The notes under the pieces: generated by a model
The model's input: the letters and a program-made list of their open reading frames with translations, nothing else
Told to the model about the DNA's origin: nothing
The model's database searches: none
Part shown: positions 49,289 through 59,477 of the stretch, in pieces
How the letters are laid out: each line of letters starts with the position of its first letter
How positions within the stretch are numbered: the first letter of the stretch is position 1
Program-made: the position numbers and the translations under genes
DNA from: an uncultured Candidatus Entotheonella sp.
Lineage (GTDB): Bacteria > Tectomicrobia > Entotheonellia > Entotheonellales > Entotheonellaceae
DNA: 64,000 nt
Reading direction: 5' to 3'
NCBI GenBank assembly: GCA_965217185.1
Contig: OZ244252.1
Span: 672,001 to 736,000, forward strand

Positions 49289-50338
49289 ATGGAACTTCAC
49301 GATCGTTGCCACGGCGCCATGGTTGGCCTTGCGGTCGGCAACCTGCTCGGCCTTGCGTGCGAGGGGTGGGAGCAGAGAGAAATCCGCCGCCGCTGGCCCG
49401 ACGGTATCCGCGAGATCGAAGCGGAGCCGGGCTACCCCGACGATGACGACCTGGCGCAGGCCGTCATTCTGGCCGAAGCGTGCGTCGGAGCAGGAGCACT
49501 GGACGTCGAGGATCTCGCCCGGAGGTTCTGGACCTGGGGAGAGGAAAGCGGTCTTGGAATCGGTAACGCGACACACGCCGCGCTGACCCGCTACGGCGGC
49601 AGTCCGCCCAAGCGTTACATGCACCATCACCTGTTTGCGCGCCTACACGGCCTGGAACTCCCGGGCTTCCAGTCAGCGCGCGAGCCGGTGGGCCTGCCGG
49701 CATTGGAAGCCTCGCGTGCCGCCTGGGAAACGTCCGATGGGAACGCCGCCGGTAACGGCGCGGTGATGCGCTGCGCGCCCGTGGCCATCCGCTGGCGGTA
49801 CGACGACGCGGCGCTGGTTCGCAACACCGCCGCCAGTGCCGTGGTCACCCATTGGGACCCCCGCTGTGTCTGGTCCGCGGTGTTCGTGAATCTGACCATC
49901 GCCTCGCTTCTGCGGCAGCCACCGGACGGTGAACTGCGTCTCGTTGAGCGTGCCGAGCAAGCCAGAGGGGAACTTGGCGACGCCCTGGCGCCGTTCGGCA
50001 TCGACGCGCCCCTGTCGGCAGCGGTGACGGAGGCGCTTGATGCCGCCGACGTGACGGCGCCGGAGGACCTCGGCCTCGACGGCTGGGACATGGGTTACAC
50101 CCTCAAGGCCATGCAGGTGGCCCTGTGGTGCGCGCGCCGGGCCGCGGACTTTGAAGAGGCGCTAGTTGCCGTCGTCAATGCCGGCGGCGACACGGACACC
50201 AACGGCGCGGTGGCGGGCGCCGTGCTCGGTGCGCGATTCGGACTCCGCGCGGTGCCGGAGCGTTGGCGCCATCGGGTTGCGGAATTGCGGGCAGACCGGG
50301 AGGCGATGGAAGTGTGGGCTGACCGCCTGATGGCGTAG
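49289..50338 (+). CDS. ADP-ribosylglycohydrolase (DraG family)
   Basis: GLAVGNLLG, PDDD, GNGAVMR, TH, GGDTDTNGAVAG. Confidence 0.92.
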   Translation: MELHDRCHGAMVGLAVGNLLGLACEGWEQREIRRRWPDGIREIEAEPGYPDDDDLAQAVILAEACVGAGALDVEDLARRFWTWGEESGLGIGNATHAALTRYGGSPPKRYMHHHLFARLHGLELPGFQSAREPVGLPALEASRAAWETSDGNAAGNGAVMRCAPVAIRWRYDDAALVRNTAASAVVTHWDPRCVWSAVFVNLTIASLLRQPPDGELRLVERAEQARGELGDALAPFGIDAPLSAAVTEALDAADVTAPEDLGLDGWDMGYTLKAMQVALWCARRAADFEEALVAVVNAGGDTDTNGAVAGAVLGARFGLRAVPERWRHRVAELRADREAMEVWADRLMA

Positions 50339-50410
50339 TGGCTGTGTTCGATGCCGGCTGGCGTTGCCGGTGCAGACGATTCCAACTGACGTAGAGGGAG
50401 AACGATATTT

Positions 50411-52030
50411 ATGAAGTGGGCAACCCTAACGACCATCCTCCTCACGCTTGCTGCCTGCGGCGGTGGGGGCTCCGGGGGCGCTTTCTCCAGGGGCTCCGTT
50501 GCGCTTCCGTCGCATCTCGTCCTGCCGGCGGGTTCCGACCTGCAGCGAGAAAATACCGCCGCGCACGACCCGCTTGACCACTGGTACCGGACGGAACCGG
50601 CTGTTGGCGCTCTGAATCTCGACCCCGGTGGCACCACCTCGGCCCTCCGGCCTCTGCTCGATGCTGCCGTTGGTGACGGCAATCAGTCCGCCACCCGCTT
50701 CAGGAACATCAACGCCTCGTCGCTGACGCCCATCGGGCAGCGCGATGGCATCGCATACGGCCAGTGGACGGCTGGACCCGCCGGCACCCTCGACATCGAC
50801 TTCCAACTGGCAGTTTGCCGAAGCCGTGCCTGCAGACGTTCGGGCGGCGGTGGAACGTGCCGCCAAATCCTGGTCGCGGCGGTTGCTCGACCACTTTGAT
50901 TCGATCACGTTCCGGGAAGAGGAGTACTACGATTTCGGCGTTCCCATCGAATTTGAAACTGACGACTTGACGATCATTGTTCAGCACTGGACCCAACCAG
51001 GGCAATCGAGTGCAGGCGCTTGGCAGCGAAACGAAACCGAGACCGATTTTGAGCCCGTGGTCGGGCACTTCTTCTTGGCCCAGGGAGAAACCATCGAGGA
51101 CAGTTACGACATCGGTCATCATTGGCTACTCCATATCGCCGCACACGAAGTGGGGCACGTCCTCGGGCACGACTTCGCCCAAAACGAAATACCGCCGAGC
51201 ATTGACCGCTACGTCGATCACGAAAACCATACCTTCAACGGCCCCAAGTCGGTCGCTGAACATGGAGGGCCGGTCCCATTTCAATGGCTTGACGCTGACC
51301 GTCGGCCTGTACCAACTGGAACCGGGACCGTCGACTAACGGGCACCTGGGCGTGTGCAGCATGATCATGAGCTACGCGGGAGGCATCTGCGGCAGTGCGC
51401 GCGAGAAGTACGAGCCGAACGAACTGGACTTCGCCTACCTGGACGACATCGGCTGGGACGTGCTGGATGCTAACACCGCCCGCGAACCGGAGGTTTACGG
51501 TTACGGGGCTTGGGCGGAACACAGCGCGTGGGGAGTCGGCGTCGAACGGATTCTCGGGGCCGTTCCCACGTCCGACAACGATATTGCGCACCACGACTGG
51601 TTGCAGGCCAGCGCTGACGCTTTTGGAACCGCCCCGAACACGCTGTTCACGGATGCCTTTGCCGGTCGGACGGGAGCCGCCACCTGGTCGGGCTCCCTGA
51701 TTGGCGTCGATACCAGCCGGGCCATGCTGCCGCCTGTGTTCGGGAACGCCGAACTGGAAATACAGCTTGCCAACCCTTGATGGAACCGCCCGCTTTGATG
51801 AGTTGATGTCCGCAATTGACGAGGACCTGCGCCCATTCCGCGTTCCGTCCCTGTCGTATGGCGTCACGGTTGTCGACAACGGCTTCGCAGACGCTTCCGG
51901 GATGCTCAGCGGCGGGTTTTTCGGTCCCGCTCACGACGAAATGGCAGGCACGCTCAACGACTCGGAACAGCATCTTTTGGCCGGCTTCGGCGGCGTCCAA
52001 CAGGTGCAAACGGCAGACCCTTTGCCATGA
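50411..52030 (+). pseudogene. Lipoprotein with zinc-metalloprotease motif and C-terminal TbpB-like barrel; three +1 frameshifts
   Basis: Lipobox LAAC, HEVGHVLGH, GGFFGPAHDEMAG; shifts near 50803, 51337 and 51770. Confidence 0.75.
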
Positions 52031-52202
52031 CGCATGGGATGTGCAAACGCCTGCGGCCGGTCAAAACGGGGAGCAGGGCCGGGTATTTCCGTATCCGACT
52101 GCACCAGGAACATGCCAATCGACTCTTGCCCCTCCTTCCTAACTCCCCTTAAGGAGGAAGGAAACCGGAGGGTTAAACCTCTTTCCACGAAGAGGGTTTT
52201 AC

Positions 52203-52242
52203 TCCCTCTCCCCTGGAGGGAGAGGGTTGGGGTGAGGGGGAA
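52203..52242. repeat. CCCTCTCC..GGAGAGGG intergenic repeat
   Basis: Near-identical to 14500-14540. Confidence 0.75.
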
Positions 52243-52318
52243 GCCCCGGAATTGTAAGCCGTCTTGGTTCGAAAGTGCTCTGATCCACAAACACCCTCCC
52301 AGGGATAAGGAGTAAGAC

Positions 52319-53814
52319 GAGCCACTTGCAGAATTGCGTGTACGAGTGGGATTTTCTTTCTCCGTGTCAAGCGCGGGGCAGGCTCTGGGGCTGATTGGTG
52401 GACATTGGGGCCGCTTTCTGATTCTGTTGAGTTGTCAAACAACCGAATCAGGAGGAACGACCCCAATGGCCTTACGTGAGATACTATCGAGTTACTGGTC
52501 TTGCTTTCAAGCGCTGCTGTTCCCGCAGCTTGAGGAAACGATCGGGGCGCTGGGGGAACGCCATCAGCGCTTCGTCATGGTGCTCGAATGGGTGCGGGTG
52601 GAAACGCTGCTACCGTACCAGCACCGGCGTCGCGGCTGTCCGCCAAGCGACCGCGCGGTCTTAGCCCGCGCCTTCATCGCCAAGGCCGTCTTCGCGCTGG
52701 TTAGCACCCGGATGTTGCTTGATCGTCTGCGCCACGACAGCACCCTGCGCCGGTTGTGCGGCTGGCGTAGCGTCAAGCACATTCCGAGCGAGGCGACGTT
52801 TTCACGTGCCTTTGCCGAATTTGCCGACAGCGCCTTGCCGAGCCACCTGCACGAGGCGCTGATCAAACGCACCCAGGGTGAGCGTCTGGCAGGCCATATT
52901 TCACGCGATTCGACGGCGATTGAAGGGCGCGAGAGACCGACCCCGAAGGCGCCGCAGCCGGCCAAGCCGAAGCGGCGGCGCGGGCGTCCGCGCAAGGGCG
53001 AGGAGCGTCCCACGGAGCCGCGCCGTCTGGAGCGCCAGCGCAACATGACCCTGCCGGAGATGCTCGCCGACTTGCCGTACGCCTGTGACATTGGCGTCAA
53101 GCGCGACGCCAAGGGCTATCAGACGTCATGGAGCGGCTACAAGTTGCATATTGACGCGGCCGACGGCGCCATCCCGGTCAGTTGCCTGCTTACCTCGGCG
53201 TCGCTGCACGACAGCCAAGTCGCCATCCCGCTGGCGACCCTGACGGCGGAGCGAGTCCGCAACCTGTATGACCTGATGGACAGCGCCTACGATGCCCCGG
53301 AAATCCGCGCCCACAGCCGCGCCCTGGGTCATGTTGCGATCATCGACGTCAACCCCCGCAGCGGCGCGCGCAAGCAGGCGCTGCGGCAGGAGAGGCAGGC
53401 ACGGCGTGCCTGTGGGTTGGTCCTGTCTGAGGAGAGACGTTACCACGAACGCTCGACCGTCGAGCGCGTCAATGGTCGCCTCAAGGATGAATTCGGAGGT
53501 CGCAGCGTGCGCGTGCGCGGCCATGCCAAGGTGCTGTGTCATCTGATGTTCGGGATTGTGGCGCTCACGGTTGATCAGTTGATGCGTTTGGTGACCTGAA
53601 GCTGGTCTCGCGGTCCCGTTTCCTCCATCCCGGCACGCGCTGCTGTCCTGTACGCAGGGGGGAGAGTTGCGTCCGCATCGCAAGACGGGAGCCGGAACTC
53701 GGCACCGCCATGGCTGAATTCGTGGCAATTGGAACCACCGACGGCAAATGATTCACCGTACGGTCTCATGACAACCGCTCCGAGGCCAAACTAGCGGAGT
53801 TTTGCAAGTGGCTC
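52319..53814 (+). mobile_element. Insertion sequence (IS5/IS1182-like DDE), about 1.5 kb
   Basis: TIRs GAGCCACTTGCAGAATT / AGTTTTGCAAGTGGCTC (15/17); no clear TSD. Confidence 0.88.
52466..53599 (+). CDS. DDE transposase
   Basis: PSEATFSR, DSTAIE, GYKLH, MDSAYD, Y..R..VERVNGRLK. Confidence 0.92.
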   Translation: MALREILSSYWSCFQALLFPQLEETIGALGERHQRFVMVLEWVRVETLLPYQHRRRGCPPSDRAVLARAFIAKAVFALVSTRMLLDRLRHDSTLRRLCGWRSVKHIPSEATFSRAFAEFADSALPSHLHEALIKRTQGERLAGHISRDSTAIEGRERPTPKAPQPAKPKRRRGRPRKGEERPTEPRRLERQRNMTLPEMLADLPYACDIGVKRDAKGYQTSWSGYKLHIDAADGAIPVSCLLTSASLHDSQVAIPLATLTAERVRNLYDLMDSAYDAPEIRAHSRALGHVAIIDVNPRSGARKQALRQERQARRACGLVLSEERRYHERSTVERVNGRLKDEFGGRSVRVRGHAKVLCHLMFGIVALTVDQLMRLVT

Positions 53815-54293
53815 GAATTGCACGGAATTGTCATCAACGAGCATGGACGGAACCGCCGCCCCCATGTATGGGAACAAATGATGGCTATCGGATATAAGTC
53901 GGTTTGGATAACGCCTGTTGCATTTGTTCCGTGGAAAAGGCGCCTGCCAATGTTCGATACAAAGAAGGAATACCGCACACTGAGGCAGAAATGGGGGTAC
54001 CGCTTGACAAAAGTGTTTGCGCAGTTGGTGAACGATCTCCTCCGTTGTGAAGGACCGATCTACACTTGATGGAGAGAATCTCCCACCCTGTGGCCAATGT
54101 CCCACGCCCAACACTTGGAGAATCTGGGCGCAGGAATCTTTTTTTGCTTGGACACGATAATGGCGCGTATTTGCTCTTACGCACAGCAATTCGGAAGGGC
54201 AAGACGGTGACACACGAACCACAAGGAGGTGATCGAGTTTCTGCCTCCTTGCACTGGCTTGACGACATTCCACAATGATGGAAATATGGCCGC

Positions 54294-54590
54294 ATGAAAA
54301 CGACTATCGAGCTTCCCGACGCCACGTTTCGGCAAGCCAAAATCCTTGCTGCGGCCCGCGGCGTGACCTTGAAACGTTTTTTTCGTCGAGGCACTTGAGG
54401 AACAACTCCGACGCTGCGCAAGCGAACTTGGCGCCCGTGAGTCGGAAGCTTCGTGGATGGAAGGATTCGGCGTTCTGTCCGACCTGTCAGACGAAAACCG
54501 CCGCGTCCTTCAGGTCATCGAACAGGAATTTGAGACACTCGCCCCCGAAGGGCTCGCATGACCCCTCGAACCAACGCTTTGCCCCGCCGG
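54294..54590 (+). pseudogene. VapB-like antitoxin (frameshift in T7 run) plus decayed VapC start
   Basis: MKTTIELPDATFRQAK..AA.RGVTLKRF/VEALEEQL...EFETL..*; ATGA overlap then a degenerate L.TNAL segment. Confidence 0.65.
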
Positions 54591-54703
54591 TCCACTTGAA
54601 GAAGAGAATCCCCCCAAATCTACGCCCAGCTTCCTACGCGCAATATTGACAATCTATATGCAGAAATTCCTGCGCTTGGAATTGATAGTTGCGCTTATTT
54701 CGC

Positions 54704-54737
54704 CTATATTGCGCGTATTGTTTTGTGCGCAATATAG
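54704..54737. promoter_or_regulatory. Perfect 11-bp inverted repeat abutting the Fic RBS, putative operator
   Basis: CTATATTGCGC-N12-GCGCAATATAG; extra half-site near 54638. Confidence 0.6.
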
Positions 54738-54745
54738 AGGGCAAC

Positions 54746-56149
54746 ATGGCAAGGCGGATTCGGGAAGAGGATTTACAGGCAATCGAAGCGGTCGTGCAGC
54801 AGCACCCGGAAGGCAGGACGGCGCAGCAGATCAGCGATGCTCTGCGGTCCGCGCCGAGGCGGAGAACCTTGCAATACCGCCTCAAGTCCCTCGTCGACAG
54901 CAGGCGCCTGATCATGGACGGCTCGGGCCGCTGGACGCGCTACCGTGCGCCGCGGCAGGTCTTATTGGTGGGCCAAGCCATCACCGCAAATGACACTATA
55001 GCCAGTGCGCGGCTCGAAATCCGTCCGCCATTGTCGGATGCCGCCGCCGAGATTCAGGAGCACGTCCGACAGCCGCTGGCGGTGCGCCAGCCGGTTGGCT
55101 ATGACCGGGCGCTCCTTGATTCATACCGGCCCAATCATACCTTCTATCTCTCGCAGGCGGAGCGCGACCGTCTGCACGAGGTCGGCAGGGCGCAGATTCC
55201 CGAACAGCCCGCCGGTACTTACGCCAGACAGATTATGAACCGGCTGCTGGTCGACCTGTCCTGGAACTCAAGCCGTCTTGAGGGCAACACCTATTCGCTG
55301 CTGGATACCTCACGCCTGCTCGAGATTGGGGCGGAAGCGGAAGGGAAGACGTGGCTCGAAGCGCTGATGATCCTCAATCACAAGGACGCGATCGAGTTCC
55401 TGGTCGACGCGGCAGAGGATATCGGTTTCAATCGCTACACCATTCTCAACCTGCACGCACTGCTGGCGGACAACCTGCTTGCCGACCCGGAGGCGACGGG
55501 GCGGCTGCGGCATATCGGCGTCGGTATCGAGGGCTCGGTTTTTCATCCGCTGGACATGCCACCGCTCATCGAAGCGTGCTTCGACCAGATTCTTGCCGCC
55601 GCCTCAGCGATCCGCGACCCGTTCGAGCAATCCTTCTTCGTCATGGTGCAACTTCCCTACCTGCAGCCCTTTGACGACGTCAACAAGCGGGTATCACGAC
55701 TCGCTGCCAACATTCCACTCATCAAGGCGAATCTGTCGCCACTATCCTTCGAGGACGTGCCGCGGGACCTGTATACCGAAGCCGTTCTTGGCGTGTGCGA
55801 GTTGAGGCGCGTCGAATTGCTGCGCGACGTGTTCATCTGGGCCTATCAGCGCTCCGCCGCCCGTTACGCCGCCGTCAGGCAGTCGCTGGGCGAGCCGGAC
55901 CCGTTTCGGATGCGGCACCGTGCGGCGCTGCGTGAGGTCGTCGGCGCGGTCGTTCGCGGGCGTATGGACAAGAAGCAGGCCGCGGCCCACGTCAGCGTGT
56001 GGACGCAGGGGCACATTGATGAGCCGGAGCGCGAGCGGTTTCGCGACATTGCGGAGCGTGAGCTTCTGAGCCTGCACGACAGAAATTTTGCGCGCTACCG
56101 GGTCAGGCCGTCCGAGTTTGCGATATGGCAGGAAGTCTGGCGCAGGTGA
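54746..56149 (+). CDS. Fic family protein with N-terminal winged HTH
   Basis: SSRLEGN inhibitory motif; variant Fic motif QPFDDVNKRVSR. Confidence 0.9.
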   Translation: MARRIREEDLQAIEAVVQQHPEGRTAQQISDALRSAPRRRTLQYRLKSLVDSRRLIMDGSGRWTRYRAPRQVLLVGQAITANDTIASARLEIRPPLSDAAAEIQEHVRQPLAVRQPVGYDRALLDSYRPNHTFYLSQAERDRLHEVGRAQIPEQPAGTYARQIMNRLLVDLSWNSSRLEGNTYSLLDTSRLLEIGAEAEGKTWLEALMILNHKDAIEFLVDAAEDIGFNRYTILNLHALLADNLLADPEATGRLRHIGVGIEGSVFHPLDMPPLIEACFDQILAAASAIRDPFEQSFFVMVQLPYLQPFDDVNKRVSRLAANIPLIKANLSPLSFEDVPRDLYTEAVLGVCELRRVELLRDVFIWAYQRSAARYAAVRQSLGEPDPFRMRHRAALREVVGAVVRGRMDKKQAAAHVSVWTQGHIDEPERERFRDIAERELLSLHDRNFARYRVRPSEFAIWQEVWRR

Positions 56150-56170
56150 GAGGGGCGGATAACTATCGTG

Positions 56171-56571
56171 TTACGGCTTGTCGGCTTGCCGCCAGAAGAT
56201 GATAGCCGAGACGGTCATGATGACGATGACCGTAGGCGTGAAGAGGTCCCAGATGATGGGTCGGGGGTCGAAGCGCTCCGAGAATTTGAGAGCATAGTTG
56301 TGCAGGTAGACGATCCCCACGTAGCCGGTGAACATGAGGAAGAGGTCCACCGGCAGCGGACGAATCTCCGGCAGGGTGGCGTGGCTCCGGATCGAGGCGC
56401 GGATGTTGAGGGCGACCACCAGGGCGATAACGATTAGCGTGATGGGGTCGATAACGTAATCCCACAGCGCTGCACGCCATCGGGATTTAGCGGGAAGTAG
56501 GTATTGAAGAAGAGAAGGGTGCCCGCGTCGAGCAGGCAGAGCAGGGAAACGAGCCTGAATGGAATGGACAT
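56171..56571 (-). pseudogene. Small multi-TM membrane protein with a 1-bp frameshift near 56468
   Basis: GGGAGG RBS; MSIPFRLVSLL...GVQ / LWDYVIDPITLIVIALVVAL... Confidence 0.6.
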
Positions 56572-56586
56572 CGGAATCCTCCCTCT

Positions 56587-57702
56587 TTACGGCTCGGATT
56601 GCGAGCCGTGGAAGCCGCCGATGAGGAACTGTTCGGGTGTGCTATCGGTGGCGTCGCGACGGCCGCTCAACACGCCGCCGATTTCCTCTGCCGCCGGACC
56701 GTAGAATTCGCCAAGGATCGTGCCCGAAAACCCGCGCATGGTGTCGCCCGGCGCGGCGTCCATGTTGGGGTCGTTACCGACCCAGTCGGCGGCGAACCGG
56801 GCGTCGTCGATTGGGGTGCTTGCGATGTCGATCAGGTTGCCATCCGCCAAGGGCTGGTATTCGGAAACGCCAGGGGGCCGGGTAAGGAGTTCGTCGATTC
56901 GTCCCGAAATTTCTCCGTCGTCCAAGTTCGCTTCCAGTTGCAGCGTGCCGCGAAGCCATGTCTGTGTATTCCAGACGGGGTTGCCCGCATTCCATATTTC
57001 GCCTTGAACGTGTCCCTCAAATGTGGCGCGGCCCGATAAATTCTCGGGCGGGGTTCGTACGCCATAGGTCGCGTAGCCCCGACGTTGGTTGAAGGGTACG
57101 CTGCCGGCTGACCAGCCATTGATGTCGAAATAATCGTACATGGAGGAACCGTCGGTCCGGTCGGTGGCGGACGGGTCGTTTGGGTCCGCTCTGAAGGAAT
57201 CGGTCCAGGAAAAAAGCGTATACGCGGTCAAGTTGCCTTCTGACTCCCCCAGAAAAATGTGTTGTTCATTGATTTCGTCTGCCGCGAAATGAGCCACGGA
57301 CTCCCGGCCGCTAATCACGAAGGTCACGCGAAAGCCGCCCGCTCCATCGCTGGCCACGGATTTCACGTAGGCGGCGCCCAGGTCCGGATGCACCGCGCCG
57401 TAATCCGCCCCGAGGAAATCCCGGCGGATCGCCGCCGAAAGGGCTGAAAAGACCGTCTCGCCGCCAGGGAGAAGGTTCGCCAGCGTATCGTCGGCGCTCG
57501 CCGCGTACCGGGAGGGTTGCAGACTGCGGGCCAGCCCACCCTCGATTCCCGCCAATCGTTGGTTGTCCAGTCGTTGCTGTTCCTTTCGCGCCTCCAGCCT
57601 GAGTTCTGTCAATCCATCAGAGATCGAACAACCAAACAACGTCGCAGAGAGAACGACGACCGAACACACCACCATAACGCTGCGGATCGGAACTGGCATC
57701 AT
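56587..57702 (-). CDS. Lipoprotein with TbpB-like C-terminal beta-barrel
   Basis: Lipobox LFGC; ATFEG, GEFYGPAAEEIGG, terminal GGFHG. Confidence 0.78.
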   Translation of the reverse strand: MMPVPIRSVMVVCSVVVLSATLFGCSISDGLTELRLEARKEQQRLDNQRLAGIEGGLARSLQPSRYAASADDTLANLLPGGETVFSALSAAIRRDFLGADYGAVHPDLGAAYVKSVASDGAGGFRVTFVISGRESVAHFAADEINEQHIFLGESEGNLTAYTLFSWTDSFRADPNDPSATDRTDGSSMYDYFDINGWSAGSVPFNQRRGYATYGVRTPPENLSGRATFEGHVQGEIWNAGNPVWNTQTWLRGTLQLEANLDDGEISGRIDELLTRPPGVSEYQPLADGNLIDIASTPIDDARFAADWVGNDPNMDAAPGDTMRGFSGTILGEFYGPAAEEIGGVLSGRRDATDSTPEQFLIGGFHGSQSEP

Positions 57703-57740
57703 CAAAGAGCTTCCTTGTGCTTGAGGTGGGTTCCAAGGCC

Positions 57741-59477
57741 CTATTGCGAATCGACCGCACGGCGCAGCGCGGCGGTTGCCGCTTCGTCCACGCAGCCGTC
57801 GAGGTTGAGCACGACGCCATAACGGGTGCGGGCTGAAGAAACGGAGACGATGCCGTTGCGCACGTCCTCGGCGACTTGCTCGGCAGGGCGGTCGTGCGGG
57901 TGGCCGAAGCCGCCGCCACCGGCCATTTCGAGGTGCAGGCGGTCGTGCGGTGGGATGGTCTGCTGGCCCTTGGGCCGCAGGTCGGCGCCGGAAGCCAGGG
58001 CGACCCGTCCGGTAGCGCCGTCGGTGCCGCCGTCGCGGCCGCGCGGGGCGTTGTCGACGCGCTCGAACATGGCGAGCACGTCGAACGGCATGCCGTCGGC
58101 GCCGCCGATTTCGATGACCTGTCCAAGACCACCGCGCTGCGCGCCGGCGCCGCCGGAGTCTTCCCGGAATTCCTTGCGCCAGAAAATCACCGGGGTGATG
58201 GCCTCGCTGGCCTCGACCGGCATGCCGCGCACGCCGCTGGGAAAGGCCGTTGCGCTCATGCCGTCCTTGCGCGGCCTTGCACCGCTGCCGCCGCTGTTGA
58301 AGTGCAGCATCTCGAACGCCGGGCGCTCGCCGGTGTACCCGTTGTCGGGGGATACCGACGGCCCGCCGCGCAACTGGATGTTCCACAGCGACGCCGAGCC
58401 CTCCGCCTGCACGCCGCCGGGCAGCACCTGGTGCAGGCAGCCGAGCACGGTATCCGGCAGCAGATGCCCGATGATGTGCCGCGCCGCCACCGCGCACGGG
58501 CGCGGCGCGTTGAGGATGCAGCCCTCCGGGGCCGAGAAGGTGATCGGCAGCAGCGAGCCGTAGTTGTTCGGAATGTCCGGCGCCACCGCGCACTTGACCC
58601 CGAAGCAGGTGTACGCCTTGGTGTAGTTGAGTACCACGTTGATGCCGTGGCTGCTCACCGGCGAGGTGCCGGTGTAGTCCACGTGAATGCCGTCGTTGCC
58701 CACCGTCAGGGCGGCGCGCAGCGTCACCGGCTCGTCGTACCCGTCCATGGTCAGCTCGTTGTGATACGTGCCCGGCTTGATGGCGCGGATGCGCTCGATG
58801 GTCGCTTGACGCGAGTTCTCGAAGATAAACTCCGCCAGATCATCGAGCTGCTCGATGTCAAATTCCGCCATCATACCCCGCAGGCGATGACAGCCAATGT
58901 CGTTGGCAGCGGCAAAGGAGAAGATATCGCCGATCACCTGTTGCGGCTCACGCACGTTGGCGCGGACGAGGTCGAGCAGAGTATCGTTCGGCTCGCCGCG
59001 CCGGAACAGGTGCAGGATGGGAATGCTGACGCCTTCCTCGAACACTTGGCGCGCGTCCGGCCCGAAGCCGCGCCCGCCGATGTCTACCACGTGGCAGGTG
59101 TTGGCGAACAGCCCGACCAGCCGGTCGCGGTAGAACGTCGGCGTCACCACCGTGATGTCGTGCAGGTGTCCGGAGGTGAACCACGGGTCGTTGGTAATGA
59201 ATACGTCGCCCGGTTCCATGGTATCGACCGGGTGCTTGGCGATGAAATGCCCCACGCCCTCGGCCATGGAGTTGATGTGCCCCGGCGTGCCGGTGACGGC
59301 CTGCGCCAGCATGCGGCCCTGGCGGTCGAACACCCCGGCGGCGAGGTCGCCGGCCTCCCGCACGCTGGTGGAAAAGGCGGTACGCACCAGCGTCTGCGCC
59401 TGCTCCTCGACGACCGAGATCAGGCGGTTCCACATGATGTGCTGGTGGATCGTCGATAGCGAGGCTGTGCTGTTCAT
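57741..59477 (-). CDS. Hydantoinase B/oxoprolinase family protein
   Basis: LVRTAFS..VREAGD, TNDPW..GHLHD, DSGGAG.QRGGLG, GGGGFG. Confidence 0.93.
   Translation of the reverse strand: MNSTASLSTIHQHIMWNRLISVVEEQAQTLVRTAFSTSVREAGDLAAGVFDRQGRMLAQAVTGTPGHINSMAEGVGHFIAKHPVDTMEPGDVFITNDPWFTSGHLHDITVVTPTFYRDRLVGLFANTCHVVDIGGRGFGPDARQVFEEGVSIPILHLFRRGEPNDTLLDLVRANVREPQQVIGDIFSFAAANDIGCHRLRGMMAEFDIEQLDDLAEFIFENSRQATIERIRAIKPGTYHNELTMDGYDEPVTLRAALTVGNDGIHVDYTGTSPVSSHGINVVLNYTKAYTCFGVKCAVAPDIPNNYGSLLPITFSAPEGCILNAPRPCAVAARHIIGHLLPDTVLGCLHQVLPGGVQAEGSASLWNIQLRGGPSVSPDNGYTGERPAFEMLHFNSGGSGARPRKDGMSATAFPSGVRGMPVEASEAITPVIFWRKEFREDSGGAGAQRGGLGQVIEIGGADGMPFDVLAMFERVDNAPRGRDGGTDGATGRVALASGADLRPKGQQTIPPHDRLHLEMAGGGGFGHPHDRPAEQVAEDVRNGIVSVSSARTRYGVVLNLDGCVDEAATAALRRAVDSQ

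Noticed and set aside
53815..54290. Short ORFs right of the IS
   Set aside because: No recognisable motifs or starts; left unannotated
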